Shown: positions 1 to 15,000 of the stretch, piece by piece
Layout of the letters: each line of letters opens with the position of its first letter
How positions within the stretch are numbered: position 1 is the stretch's first letter
Origin: Balanoglossus misakiensis
Lineage: Eukaryota > Animalia > Hemichordata
Assembly: GCA_040954595.2 (NCBI GenBank)
Contig: CM082578.2
Span: 12,090,520-12,154,519, forward strand
Length of the DNA stretch: 64,000 bases
Direction: 5' to 3'
The notes under the pieces: model-generated
Databases searched by the model: none
What the model saw: the letters and a program-made list of their open reading frames with translations, nothing else
Told to the model about the DNA's origin: nothing
Translations under genes and position numbers: made by a program

Positions 1-3000
1 AATTTTGATATTTCGCAAAGTCGAAAAATTGTCATTTCTGGATGATTTTCATGAGCTATAACCCATGGTTTTTTCAAAAAAATGAAGAAATTTTGATATT
101 TCGCAAAGTCGAAAAATTGTCATTTCTGGATGATTTTCATGAGCTATAACCCATGGTTTTTTCAAAAAAATGAAGAAATTTTGATATTTCGCAAAGTCGA
201 AAAATTGTCATTTCTGGATGATTTTCATGAGCTATAACCCATGGTTTTTTCAAAAAAATGAAGAAATTTTGATATTTCGCAAAGTCGAAAAATTGTCATT
301 TCTGGATGATTTTCATGAGCTATAACCCATGGTTTTTTCAAAAAAATGAAGAAATTTTGATATTTCGCAAAGTCGAAAAATTGTCATTTCTGGATGATTT
401 TCATGAGCTATAACCCATGGTTTTTTCAAAAAAATGAAGAAATTTTGATATTTCGCAAAGTCGAAAAATTGTCATTTCTGGATGATTTTCATGAGCTATA
501 ACCCATGGTTTTTTCAAAAAAATGAAGAAATTTTGATATTTCGCAAAGTCGAAAAATTGTCATTTCTGGATGATTTTCATGAGCTATAACCCATGGTTTT
601 TTCAAAAAAATGAAGAAATTTTGATATTTCGCAAAGTCGAAAAATTGTCATTTCTGGATGATTTTCATGAGCTATAACCCATGGTTTTTTCAAAAAAATG
701 AAGAAATTTTGATATTTCGCAAAGTCGAAAAATTGTCATTTCTGGATGATTTTCATGAGCTATAACCCATGGTTTTTTCAAAAAAATGAAGAAATTTTGA
801 TATTTCGCAAAGTCGAAAAATTGTCATTTCTGGATGATTTTCATGAGCTATAACCCATGGTTTTTTCAAAAAAATGAAGAAATTTTGATATTTCTCAAAG
901 TCGAAAAATTGTCATTTCTGGATGATTTTCATGAGCTATAACCCATGGTTTTTTCAAAAAAATGAAGAAATTTTGATATTTCGCAAAGTCGAAAAATTGT
1001 CATTTCTGGATGATTTTCATGAGCTATAACCCATGGTTTTTTCAAAAAAATGAAGAAATTTTGATATTTCGCAAAGTCGAAAAATTGTCATTTCTGGATG
1101 ATTTTCATGAGCTATAACCCATGGTTTTTTCCAAAAAAATGAAGAAATTTTGATATTTCGCAAAGTCGAAAAATTGTCATTTCTGGATGATTTTCATGAG
1201 CTATAACCCATGGTTTTTTCAAAAAAATGAAGAAATTTTGATATTTCGCAAAGTCGAAAAATTGTCATTTCTGGATGATTTTCATGAGCTATAACCCATG
1301 GTTTTTTCAAAAAAATGAAGAAATTTTGATATTTCGCAAAGTCGAAAAATTGTCATTTCTGGATGATTTTCATGAGCTATAACCCATGGTTTTTTCAAAA
1401 AAATGAAGAAATTTTGATATTTCGCAAAGTCGAAAAATTGTCATTTCTGGATGATTTTCATGAGCTATAACCCATGGTTTTTTCAAAAAAATGAAGAAAT
1501 TTTGATATTTCGCAAAGTCGAAAAATTGTCATTTCTGGATGATTTTCATGAGCTATAACCCATGGTTTTTTCAAAAAAATGAAGAAATTTTGATATTTCG
1601 CAAAGTCGAAAAATTGTCATTTCTGGATGATTTTCATGAGCTATAACCCATGGTTTTTTCAAAAAAATGAAGAAATTTTGATATTTCGCAAAGTCGAAAA
1701 ATTGTCATTTCTGGATGATTTTCATGAGCTATAACCCATGGTTTTTTCAAAAAAATGAAGAAATTTTGATATTTCGCAAAGTCGAAAAATTGTCATTTCT
1801 GGATGATTTTCATGAGCTATAACCCATGGTTTTTTCAAAAAAATGAAGAAATTTTGATATTTCGCAAAGTCGAAAAATTGTCATTTCTGGATGATTTTCA
1901 TGAGCTATAACCCATGGTTTTTTCAAAAAAATGAAGAAATTTTGATATTTCGCAAAGTCGAAAAATTGTCATTTCTGGATGATTTTCATGAGCTATAACC
2001 CATGGTTTTTTCAAAAAAATGAAGAAATTTTGATATTTCGCAAAGTCGAAAAATTGTCATTTCTGGATGATTTTCATGAGCTATAACCCATGGTTTTTTC
2101 AAAAAAATGAAGAAATTTTGATATTTCGCAAAGTCGAAAAATTGTCATTTCTGGATGATTTTCATGAGCTATAACCCATGGTTTTTTCAAAAAAATGAGG
2201 AAATTTTGATATTTCTCAAAGTCGAAAAATTGTCATTTCTGGATGATTTTCATGAGCTATAACCCATGGTTTTTTCAAAAAAATGAAGAAATTTTGATAT
2301 TTCGCAAAGTCGAAAAATTGTCATTTCTGGATGATTTTCATGAGCTATAACCCATGGTTTTTTCAAAAAAATGAAGAAATTTTGATATTTCGCAAAGTCG
2401 AAAAATTGTCATTTCTGGATGATTTTCATGAGCTATAACCCATGGTTTTTTCAAAAAAATGAAGAAATTTTGATATTTCGCTAAGTCGAAAAATTGTCAT
2501 TTCTGGATGATTTTCATGAGCTATAACCCATGGTTTTTTCAAAAAAATGAAGAAATTTTGATATTTCGCAAAGTCGAAAAATTGTCATTTCTGGATGATT
2601 TTCATGAGCTATAACCCATGGTTTTTTCAAAAAAATGAAGAAATTTTGATATTTCGCAAAGTCGAAAAATTGTCATTTCTGGATGATTTTCATGAGCTAT
2701 AACCCATGGTTTTTTCAAAAAAATGAAGAAATTTTGATATTTCGCAAAGTCGAAAAATTGTCATTTCTGGATGATTTTCATGAGCTATAACCCATGGTTT
2801 TTTCAAAAAAATGAAGAAATTTTGATATTTCTCAAAGTCGAAAAATTGTCATTTCTGGATGATTTTCATGAGCTATAACCCATGGTTTTTTCAAAAAAAT
2901 GAAGAAATTTTGATATTTCGCAAAGTCGAAAAATTGTCATTTCTGGATGATTTTCATGAGCTATAACCCATGGTTTTTTCAAAAAAATGAAGAAATTTTG

Positions 3001-6000
3001 ATATTTCTCAAAGTCGAAAAATTGTCATTTCTGGATGATTTTCATGAGCTATAACCCATGGTTTTTTCAAAAAAATGAAGAAATTTTGATATTTCGCAAA
3101 GTCGAAAAATTGTCATTTCTGGATGATTTTCATGAGCTATAACCCATGGTCTTTTCAAAAAAATGAAGAAATTTTGATATTTCGCAAAGTCGAAAAATTG
3201 TCATTTCTGGATGATTTTCATGAGCTATAAACCATGGTCTTTTAAAAAAAATGAAGAAATTTTGATATTTCGCAAAGTCGAAAAATTGTCATTTCTGGAT
3301 GATTTTCATGAGCTATAACCCATGGTTTTTTCAAAAAAATGAAGAAATTTTGATATTTCGCAAAGTCGAAAAATTGTCATTTCTGGATGATTTTCATGAG
3401 CTATAACCCATGGTTTTTTCAAAAAAATGAAGAAATTTTGATATTTCGCAAAGTCGAAAAATTGTCATTTCTGGATGATTTTCATGAGCTATAACCCATG
3501 GTTTTTTCAAAAAAATGAAGAAATTTTGATATTTCGCAAAGTCGAAAAATTGTCATTTCTGGATGATTTTCATGAGCTATAACCCATGGTTTTTTCAAAA
3601 AAATGAAGAAATTTTGATATTTCGCAAAGTCGAAAAATTGTCATTTCTGGATGATTTTCATGAGCTATAACCCATGGTCTTTTCAAAAAAATGAAGAAAT
3701 TTTGATATTTCGCAAAGTCGAAAAATTGTCATTTCTGGATGATTTTCATGAGCTATAACCCATGGTTTTTTCAAAAAAATGAAGAAATTTTGATATTTCG
3801 CAAAGTCGAAAAATTGTCATTTCTGGATGATTTTCATGAGCTATAACCCATGGTTTTTTCAAAAAAATGAAGAAATTTTGATATTTCGCAAAGTCGAAAA
3901 ATTGTCATTTCTGGATGATTTTCATGAGCTATAACCCATGGTTTTTTCAAAAAAATGAAGAAATTTTGATATTTCGCAAAGTCGAAAAATTGTCATTTCT
4001 GGATGATTTTCATGAGCTATAACCCATGTTTTTTTCAAAAAAATGAAGAAATTTTGATATTTCGCAAAGTCGAAAAATTGTCATTTCTGGATGATTTTCA
4101 TGAGCTATAACCCATGGTTTTTTCAAAAAAATGAAGAAATTTTGATATTTCGCAAAGTCGAAAAATTGTCATTTCTGGATGATTTTCATGAGCTATAACC
4201 CATGGTTTTTTCAAAAAAATGAAGAAATTTTGATATTTCGCAAAGTCGAAAAATTGTCATTTCTGGATGATTTTCATGAGCTATAACCCATGGTTTTTTC
4301 AAAAAAATGAAGAAATTTTGATATTTCGCAAAGTCGAAAAATTGTCATTTCTGGATGATTTTCATGAGCTATAACCCATGGTTTTTTCAAAAAAATGAAG
4401 AAATTTTGATATTTCGCAAAGTCGAAAAATTGTCATTTCTGGATGATTTTCATGAGCTATAACCCATGGTTTTTTCAAAAAAATGAAGAAATTTTGATAT
4501 TTCGCAAAGTCGAAAAATTGTCATTTCTGGATGATTTTCATGAGCTATAACCCATGGTTTTTTCAAAAAAATGAAGAAATTTTGATATTTCGCAAAGTCG
4601 AAAAATTGTCATTTCTGGATGATTTTCATGAGCTATAACCCATGGTTTTTTCAAAAAATGAAGAAATTTTGATATTTCGCAAAGTCGAAAAATTGTCATT
4701 TCTGGATGATTTTCATGAGCTATAACCCATGGTTTTTTCAAAAAATGAAGAAATTTTGATATTTCGCAAAGTCGAAAAATTGTCATTTCTGGATGATTTT
4801 CATGAGCTATAACCCATGGTTTTTTCAAAAAAATGAAGAAATTTTGATATTTCGCTAAGTCGAAAAATTGTCATTTCTGGATGATTTTCATGAGCTATAA
4901 CCCATGGTTTTTTCAAAAAAATGAAGAAATTTTGATATTTCGCAAAGTCGAAAAATTGTCATTTCTGGATGATTTTCATGAGCTATAACCCATGGTTTTT
5001 TCAAAAAAATGAAGAAATTTTGATATTTCGCAAAGTCGAAAAATTGTCATTTCTGGATGATTTTCATGAGCTATAACCCATGGTTTTTTCAAAAAAATGA
5101 AGAAATTTTGATATTTCGCAAAGTCGAAAAATTGTCATTTCTGGATGATTTTCATGAGCTATAACCCATGGTTTTTTCAAAAAAATGAAGAAATTTTGAT
5201 ATTTCTCAAAGTCGAAAAATTGTCATTTCTGGATGATTTTCATGAGCTATAACCCATGGTTTTTTCAAAAAAATGAAGAAATTTTGATATTTCGCAAAGT
5301 CGAAAAATTGTCATTTCTGGATGATTTTCATGAGCTATAACCCATGGTTTTTTCAAAAAAATGAAGAAATTTTGATATTTCTCAAAGTCGAAAAATTGTC
5401 ATTTCTGGATGATTTTCATGAGCTATAACCCATGGTTTTTTCAAAAAAATGAAGAAATTTTGATATTTCGCAAAGTCGAAAAATTGTCATTTCTGGATGA
5501 TTTTCATGAGCTATAACCCATGGTCTTTTCAAAAAAATGAAGAAATTTTGATATTTCGCAAAGTCGAAAAATTGTCATTTCTGGATGATTTTCATGAGCT
5601 ATAAACCATGGTCTTTTAAAAAAAATGAAGAAATTTTGATATTTCGCAAAGTCGAAAAATTGTCATTTCTGGATGATTTTCATGAGCTATAACCCATGGT
5701 TTTTTCAAAAAAATGAAGAAATTTTGATATTTCGCAAAGTCGAAAAATTGTCATTTCTGGATGATTTTCATGAGCTATAACCCATGGTTTTTTCAAAAAA
5801 ATGAAGAAATTTTGATATTTCGCAAAGTCGAAAAATTGTCATTTCTGGATGATTTTCATGAGCTATAACCCATGGTTTTTTCAAAAAAATGAAGAAATTT
5901 TGATATTTCGCAAAGTCGAAAAATTGTCATTTCTGGATGATTTTCATGAGCTATAACCCATGGTTTTTTCAAAAAAATGAAGAAATTTTGATATTTCGCA

Positions 6001-9000
6001 AAGTCGAAAAATTGTCATTTCTGGATGATTTTCATGAGCTATAACCCATGTTTTTTTCAAAAAAATGAAGAAATTTTGATATTTCGCAAAGTCGAAAAAT
6101 TGTCATTTCTGGATGATTTTCATGAGCTATAACCCATGGTTTTTTCAAAAAAATGAAGAAATTTTGATATTTCGCAAAGTCGAAAAATTGTCATTTCTGG
6201 ATGATTTTCATGAGCTATAACCCATGGTTTTTTCAAAAAAATGAAGAAATTTTGATATTTCGCAAAGTCGAAAAATTGTCATTTCTGGATGATTTTCATG
6301 AGCTATAACCCATGGTTTTTTCAAAAAAATGAAGAAATTTTGATATTTCGCAAAGTCGAAAAATTGTCATTTCTGGATGATTTTCATGAGCTATAACCCA
6401 TGGTTTTTTCAAAAAAATGAAGAAATTTTGATATTTCGCAAAGTCGAAAAATTGTCATTTCTGGATGATTTTCATGAGCTATAACCCATGGTTTTTTCAA
6501 AAAAATGAAGAAATTTTGATATTTCGCAAAGTCGAAAAATTGTCATTTCTGGATGATTTTCATGAGCTATAACCCATGGTTTTTTCAAAAAAATGAAGAA
6601 ATTTTGATATTTCGCAAAGTCGAAAAATTGTCATTTCTGGATGATTTTCATGAGCTATAACCCATGGTTTTTTCAAAAAAATGAAGAAATTTTGATATTT
6701 CGCAAAGTCGAAAAATTGTCATTTCTGGATGATTTTCATGAGCTATAACCCATGTTTTTTTCAAAAAAATGAAGAAATTTTGATATTTCGCAAAGTCGAA
6801 AAATTGTCATTTCTGGATGATTTTCATGAGCTATAACCCATGGTTTTTTCAAAAAAATGAAGAAATTTTGATATTTCGCAAAGTCGAAAAATTGTCATTT
6901 CTGGATGATTTTCATGAGCTATAACCCATGGTTTTTTCAAAAAAATGAAGAAATTTTGATATTTCGCAAAGTCGAAAAATTGTCATTTCTGGATGATTTT
7001 CATGAGCTATAACCCATGGTTTTTTCAAAAAAATGAAGAAATTTTGATATTTCGCAAAGTCGAAAATTGTCATTTCTGGATGATTTTCATGAGCTATAAC
7101 CCATGGTTTTTTCAAAAAAATGAAGAAATTTTGATATTTCGCAAAGTCGAAAAATTGTCATTTCTGGATGATTTTCATGAGCTATAACCCATGGTTTTTT
7201 AAAAAAAATGAAGAAATTTTGATATTTCGCAAAGTCGAAAAATTGTCATTTCTGGATGATTTTCATGAGCTATAAACCATGGTCTTTTCAAAAAAATGAA
7301 GAAATTTTGATATTTCTCAAAGTCGAAAAATTGTCATTTCTGGATGATTTTCATGAGCTATAACCCATGGTCTTTTCAAAAAAATGAAGAAATTTTGATA
7401 TTTCGCAAAGTCGAAAAATTGTCATTTCTGGATGATTTTCATGAGCTATAACCCATGGTTTTTTCAAAAAAATGAAGAAATTTTGATATTTCGCAAAGTC
7501 GAAAAATTGTCATTTCTGGATGATTTTCATGAGCTATAACCCATGGTTTTTTCAAAAAAATGAAGAAATTTTGATATTTCGCAAAGTCGAAAAATTGTCA
7601 TTTCTGGATGATTTTCATGAGCTATAACCCATGGTTTTTTCAAAAAAATGAAGAAATTTTGATATTTCGCAAAGTCGAAAAATTGTCATTTCTGGATGAT
7701 TTTCATGAGCTATAACCCATGGTTTTTTAAAAAAAATGAAGAAATTTTGATATTTCGCAAAGTCGAAAAATTGTCATTTCTGGATGATTTTCATGAGCTA
7801 TAAACCATGGTCTTTTCAAAAAAATGAAGAAATTTTGATATTTCTCAAAGTCGAAAAATTGTCATTTCTGGATGATTTTCATGAGCTATAACCCATGGTC
7901 TTTTCAAAAAAATGAAGAAATTTTGATATTTCGCAAAGTCGAAAAATTGTCATTTCTGGATGATTTTCATGAGCTATAACCCATGGTTTTTTCAAAAAAA
8001 TGAAGAAATTTTGATATTTCGCAAAGTCGAAAAATTGTCATTTCTGGATGATTTTCATGAGCTATAACCCATGGTTTTTTCAAAAAAATGAAGAAATTTT
8101 GATATTTCGCAAAGTCGAAAAATTGTCATTTCTGGATGATTTTCATGAGCTATAACCCATGGTTTTTTCAAAAAAATGAAGAAATTTTGATATTTCGCAA
8201 AGTCGAAAAATTGTCATTTCTGGATGATTTTCATGAGCTATAACCCATGGTTTTTTCAAAAAAATGAAGAAATTTTGATATTTCGCAAAGTCGAAAAATT
8301 GTCATTTCTGGATGATTTTCATGAGCTATAACCCATGGTTTTTTCAAAAAAATGAAGAAATTTTGATATTTCGCAAAGTCGAAAAATTGTCATTTCTGGA
8401 TGATTTTCATCAGCTATAACCCATGGTTTTTTCAAAAAAATGAAGAAATTTTGATATTTCGCAAAGTCGAAAAATTGTCATTTCTGGATGATTTTCATGA
8501 GCTATAACCCATGGTTTTTTCAAAAAAATGAAGAAATTTTGATATTTCGCAAAGTCGAAAAATTGTCATTTCTGGATGATTTTCATGAGCTATAACCCAT
8601 GGTTTTTTCAAAAAAATGAAGAAATTTTGATATTTCGCAAAGTCGAAAAATTGTCATTTCTGGATGATTTTCATGAGCTATAACCCATGGTTTTTTCAAA
8701 AAAATGAAGAAATTTTGATATTTCGCAAAGTCGAAAAATTGTCATTTCTGGATGATTTTCATGAGCTATAACCCATGGTTTTTTCAAAAAAATGAAGAAA
8801 TTTTGATATTTCGCAAAGTCGAAAAATTGTCATTTCTGGATGATTTTCATGAGCTATAACCCATGGTTTTTTCAAAAAAATGAAGAAATTTTGATATTTC
8901 GCAAAGTCGAAAAATTGTCATTTCTGGATGATTTTCATGAGCTATAACCCATGGTTTTTTCAAAAAAATGAAGAAATTTTGATATTTCGCAAAGTCGAAA

Positions 9001-12000
9001 AATTGTCATTTCTGGATGATTTTCATGAGCTATAACCCATGGTTTTTTCAAAAAAATGAAGAAATTTTGATATTTCGCAAAGTCGAAAAATTGTCATTTC
9101 TGGATGATTTTCATGAGCTATAACCCATGGTTTTTTCAAAAAAATGATGAAATTTTGATATTTCGCAAAGTCGAATTTGTCATTTCTGGATGATTTTCAT
9201 GAGCTATAACCCATGTTTTTTTCAAAAAAATGAAGAAATTTTGATATTTCGCAAAGTCGAAAAATTGTCATTTCTGGATGATTTTCATGAGCTATAACCC
9301 ATGGTTTTTTCAAAAAAATGAAGAAATTTTGATATTTCGCAAAGTCGAAAAATTGTCATTTCTGGATGATTTTCATGAGCTATAACCCATGGTTTTTTCA
9401 AAAAAATGAAGAAATTTTGATATTTCGCAAAGTCGAAAAATTGTCATTTCTGGATGATTTTCATGAGCTATAACCCATGGTTTTTTCAAAAAAATGAAGA
9501 AATTTTGATATTTCGCAAAGTCGAAAAATTGTCATTTCTGGATGATTTTCATGAGCTATAACCCATGGTTTTTTTCAAAAAAATGAAGAAATTTTGATAT
9601 TTCGCAAAGTCGAAAAATTGTCATTTCTGGATGATTTTCATGAGCTATAACCCATGGTTTTTTCAAAAAAATGAAGAAATTTTGATATTTCGCAAAGTCG
9701 AAAAATTGTCATTTCTGGATGATTTTCATGAGCTATAACCCATGGTTTTTTCAAAAAAATGAAGAAATTTTGATATTTCGCAAAGTCGAAAAATTGTCAT
9801 TTCTGGATGATTTTCATGAGCTATAACCCATGGTTTTTTCAAAAAAATGATGAAATTTTGATATTTCGCAAAGTCGAATTTGTCATTTCTGGATGATTTT
9901 CATGAGCTATAACCCATGTTTTTTTCAAAAAAATGAAGAAATTTTGATATTTCGCAAAGTCGAAAAATTGTCATTTCTGGATGATTTTCATGAGCTATAA
10001 CCCATGGTTTTTTCAAAAAAATGAAGAAATTTTGATATTTCGCAAAGTCGAAAAATTGTCATTTCTGGATGATTTTCATGAGCTATAACCCATGGTTTTT
10101 TCAAAAAAATGAAGAAATTTTGATATTTCGCAAAGTCGAAAAATTGTCATTTCTGGATGATTTTCATGAGCTATAACCCATGGTTTTTTCAAAAAAATGA
10201 AGAAATTTTGATATTTCGCAAAGTCGAAAAATTGTCATTTCTGGATGATTTTCATGAGCTATAACCCATGGTTTTTTCAAAAAAATGAAGAAATTTTGAT
10301 ATTTCGCAAAGTCGAAAAATTGTCATTTCTGGATGATTTTCATGAGCTATAACCCATGGTTTTTCAAAAAAATGAAGAAATTTTGATATTTCGCAAAGTC
10401 GAAAAATTGTCATTTCTGGATGATTTTCATGAGCTATAACCCATGTTTTTTTCAAAAAAATGATGAAATTTTGATATTTCGCAAAGTCGAATTTGTCATT
10501 TCTGGATGATTTTCATGAGCTATAACCCATGTTTTTTTCAAAAAAATGAAGAAATTTTGATATTTCGCAAAGTCGAAAAATTGTCATTTCTGGATGATTT
10601 TCATGAGCTATAACCCATGGTTTTTTCAAAAAAATGAAGAAATTTTGATATTTCGCAAAGTCGAAAAATTGTCATTTCTGGATGATTTTCATGAGCCATG
10701 GTTTTTTCAAAGAAATGAAGAAATTTTGATATTTCGCAAAGTCGAAAAATTGTCATTTCTGGATGATTTTCATGAGCTATAACCCATGGTTTTTTCAAAA
10801 AAATGAAGAAATTTTGATATTTCGCAAAGTCGAAAAATTGTCATTTCTGGATGATTTTCATGAGCTATAACCCATGGTTTTTTCAAAAAAATGAAGAAAT
10901 TTTGATATTTCGCAAAGTCGAAAAATTGTCATTTCTGGATGATTTTCATGAGCTATAACCCATGGTTTTTCAAAAAAATGAAGAAATTTTGATATTTCGC
11001 AAAGTCGAAAAATTGTCATTTCTGGATGATTTTCATGAGCTATAACCCATGGTTTTTTTTAAAAAATGAAGAAATTTTGATATTTCGCAAAGTCGAAAAA
11101 TTGTCATTTCTGGATGATTTTCATGAGCTATAACCCATGGTTTTTTCAAAAAAATGAAGAAATTTTGATATTTCGCAAAGTCGAAAAATTGTCATTTCTG
11201 GATGATTTTCATGAGCTATAACCCATGGTTTTTTCAAAAAAATGAAGAAATTTTGATATTTCGCAAAGTCGAAAAATTGTCATTTCTGGATGATTTTCAT
11301 GAGCTATAACCCATGGTTTTTTCAAAAAAATGAAGAAATTTTGATATTTCGCAAAGTCGAAAAATTGTCATTTCTGGATGATTTTCATGAGCTATAACCC
11401 ATGGTTTTTTCAAAAAATGAAGAAATTTTGATATTTCGCAAAGTCGAAAAATTGTCATTTCTGGATGATTTTCATGAGCTATAACCCATGGTTTTTTCAA
11501 AAAAATGAAGAAATTTTGATATTTCGCAAAGTCGAAAAATTGTCATTTCTGGATGATTTTCATGAGCTATAACCCATGGTTTTTTCAAAAAAATGAAGAA
11601 ATTTTGATATTTCGCAAAGTCGAAAAATTGTCATTTCTGGATGATTTTCATGAGCTATAACCCATGGTTTTTTCAAAAAAATGAAGAAATTTTGATATTT
11701 CGCAAAGTCGAAAAATTGTCATTTCTGGATGATTTTCATGAGCTATAACCCATGGTTTTTTCAAAAAAATGAAGAAATTTTGATATTTCGCAAAGTCGAA
11801 AAATTGTCATTTCTGGATGATTTTCATGAGCTATAACCCATGGTTTTTTCAAAAAAATGAAGAAATTTTGATATTTCGCAAAGTCGAAAAATTGTCATTT
11901 CTGGATGATTTTCATGAGCTATAACCCATGTTTTTTTCAAAAAAATGAAGAAATTTTGATATTTCGCAAAGTCGAAAAATTGTCATTTCTGGATGATTTT

Positions 12001-15000
12001 CATGAGCTATAACCCATGGTTTTTTCAAAAAAATGAAGAAATTTTGATATTTCGCAAAGTCGAAAAATTGTCATTTCTGGATGATTTTCATGAGCTATAA
12101 CCCATGGTTTTTTTCAAAAAAAATGAAGAAATTTTGATATTTCGCAAAGTCGAAAAATTGTCATTTCTGGATGATTTTCATGAGCTATAACCCATGGTTT
12201 TTTCAAAAAAATGAAGAAATTTTGATATTTCGCAAAGTCGAAAAATTGTCATTTCTGGATGATTTTCATGAGCTATAACCCATGGTTTTTTCAAAAAAAT
12301 GAAGAAATTTTGATATTTCGCAAAGTCGAAAAATTGTCATTTCTGGATGATTTTCATGAGCTATAACCCATGGTTTTTTCAAAGAAATGAAGAAATTTTG
12401 ATATTTCGCAAAGTCGAAAAATTGTCATTTCTGGATGATTTTCATGAGCTATAACCCATGGTTTTTTCAAAAAAATGAAGAAATTTTGATATTTCGCAAA
12501 GTCGAAAAATTGTCATTTCTGGATGATTTTCATGAGCTATAACCCATGGTTTTTTCAAAAAAATGAAGAAATTTTGATATTTCGCAAAGTCGAAAAATTG
12601 TCATTTCTGGATGATTTTCATGAGCTATAACCCATGTTTTTTTCAAAAAAATGAAGAAATTTTGATATTTCGCAAAGTCGAAAAATTGTCATTTCTGGAT
12701 GATTTTCATGAGCTATAACCCATGGTTTTTTCAAAAAAATGAAGAAATTTTGATATTTCGCAAAGTCGAAAAATTGTCATTTCTGGATGATTTTCATGAG
12801 CTATAACCCATGGTTTTTTCAAAAAAATGAAGAAATTTTGATATTTCGCAAAGTCGAAAAATTGTCATTTCTGGATGATTTTCATGAGCTATAACCCATG
12901 GTTTTTTCAAAAAAATGAAGAAATTTTGATATTTCGCAAAGTCGAAAAATTGTCATTTCTGGATGATTTTCATGAGCTATAACCCATGTTTTTTTCAAAA
13001 AAATGAAGAAATTTTGATATTTCGCAAAGTCGAAAAATTGTCATTTCTGGATGATTTTCATGAGCTATAACCCATGGTTTTTTCAAAAAAATGAAGAAAT
13101 TTTGATATTTCGCAAAGTCGAAAAATTGTCATTTCTGGATGATTTTCATGAGCTATAACCCATGGTTTTTTCAAAAAAATGAAGAAATTTTGATATTTCG
13201 CAAAGTCGAAAAATTGTCATTTCTGGATGATTTTCATGAGCTATAACCCATGGTTTTTTCAAAAAAATGAAGAAATTTTGATATTTCGCAAAGTCGAAAA
13301 ATTGTCATTTCTGGATGATTTTCATGAGCTATAACCCATGGTTTTTTCAAAAAAATGAAGAAATTTTGATATTTCGCAAAGTCGAAAAATTGTCATTTCT
13401 GGATGATTTTCATGAGCTATAACCCATGGTTTTTTCAAAAAAATGAAGAAATTTTGATATTTCGCAAAGTCGAAAAATTGTCATTTCTGGATGATTTTCA
13501 TGAGCTATAACCCATGGTTTTTTCAAAAAAATGAAGAAATTTTGATATTTCGCAAAGTCGAAAAATTGTCATGTCTGGATGATTTTCATGAGCTATAACC
13601 CATGTTTTTTTCAAAAAAATGAAGAAATTTTGATATTTCGCAAAGTCGAAAAATTGTCATTTCTGGATGATTTTCATGAGCTATAACCCATGGTTTTTTC
13701 AAAAAAATGAAGAAATTTTGATATTTCGCAAAGTCGAAAAATTGTCATTTCTGGATGATTTTCATGAGCTATAACCCATGGTTTTTTCAAAAAAATGAAG
13801 AAATTTTGATATTTCGCAAAGTCGAAAAATTGTCATTTCTGGATGATTTTCATGAGCCATGGTTTTTTCAAAAAAATGAAGAAATTTTGATATTTCGCAA
13901 AGTCGAAAAATTGTCATTTCTGGATGATTTTCATGAGCTATAACCCATGGTTTTTTCAAAAAAATGAAGAAATTTTGATATTTCGCAAAGTCGAAAAATT
14001 GTCATTTCTGGATGATTTTCATGAGCTATAACCCATGGTTTTTTCAAAAAAATGAAGAAATTTTGATATTTCGCAAAGTCGAAAAATTGTCATTTCTGGA
14101 TGATTTTCATGAGCTATAACCCATGGTTTTTTCAAAAAAATGAAGAAATTTTGATATTTCGCAAAGTCGAAAAATTGTCATTTCTGGATGATTTTCATGA
14201 GCTATAACCCATGGTTTTTTCAAAAAAATGAAGAAATTTTGATATTTCGCAAAGTCGAAAAATTGTCATTTCTGGATGATTTTCATGATCTATAACCCAT
14301 GGTTTTTTCAAAAAAAATGAAGAAATTTTGATATTTCGCAAAGTCGAAAAATTGTCATTTCTGGATGATTTTTATGAGCTATAACCCATGGTTTTTTCAA
14401 AAAAATGAAGAAATTTTGATATTTCGCAAAGTCGAAAAATTGTCATTTCTGGATGATTTTCATGAGCTATAACCCATGTTTTTTTCAAAAAAATGAAGAA
14501 ATTTTGATATTTCGCAAAGTCGAAAAATTGTCATTTCTGGATGATTTTCATGAGCTATAACCCATGTTTTTTTCAAAAAAATGAAGAAATTTTGATATTT
14601 CGCAAAGTCGAAAAATTGTCATTTCTGGATGATTTTCATGAGCTATAACCCATGTTTTTTTCAAAAAAATGAAGAAATTTTGATATTTCGCAAAGTCGAA
14701 AAATTGTCATTTCTGGATGATTTTCATGAGCTATAACCCATGGTTTTTTCAAAAAAATGAAGAAATTTTGATATTTCGCAAAGTCGAAAAATTGTCATTT
14801 CTGGATGATTTTCATGAGCTATAACCCATGGTTTTTTCAAAAAAATGAAGAAATTTTGATATTTCGCAAAGTCGAAAAATTGTCATTTCTGGATGATTTT
14901 CATGAGCTATAACCCATGGTTTTTTCAAAAAAATGAAGAAATTTTGATATTTCGCAAAGTCGAAAAATTGTCATTTCTGGATGATTTTCATGAGCTATAA

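Noticed and set aside
4538-13959. Repeated ORFs (MKKPWVIAHENHPEM..., MIFMSYNPWFFQK...) in the satellite
   Set aside because: They arise only where indels bypass stops in the 88-bp unit and start at TTG or incidental ATG; no coding evidence.
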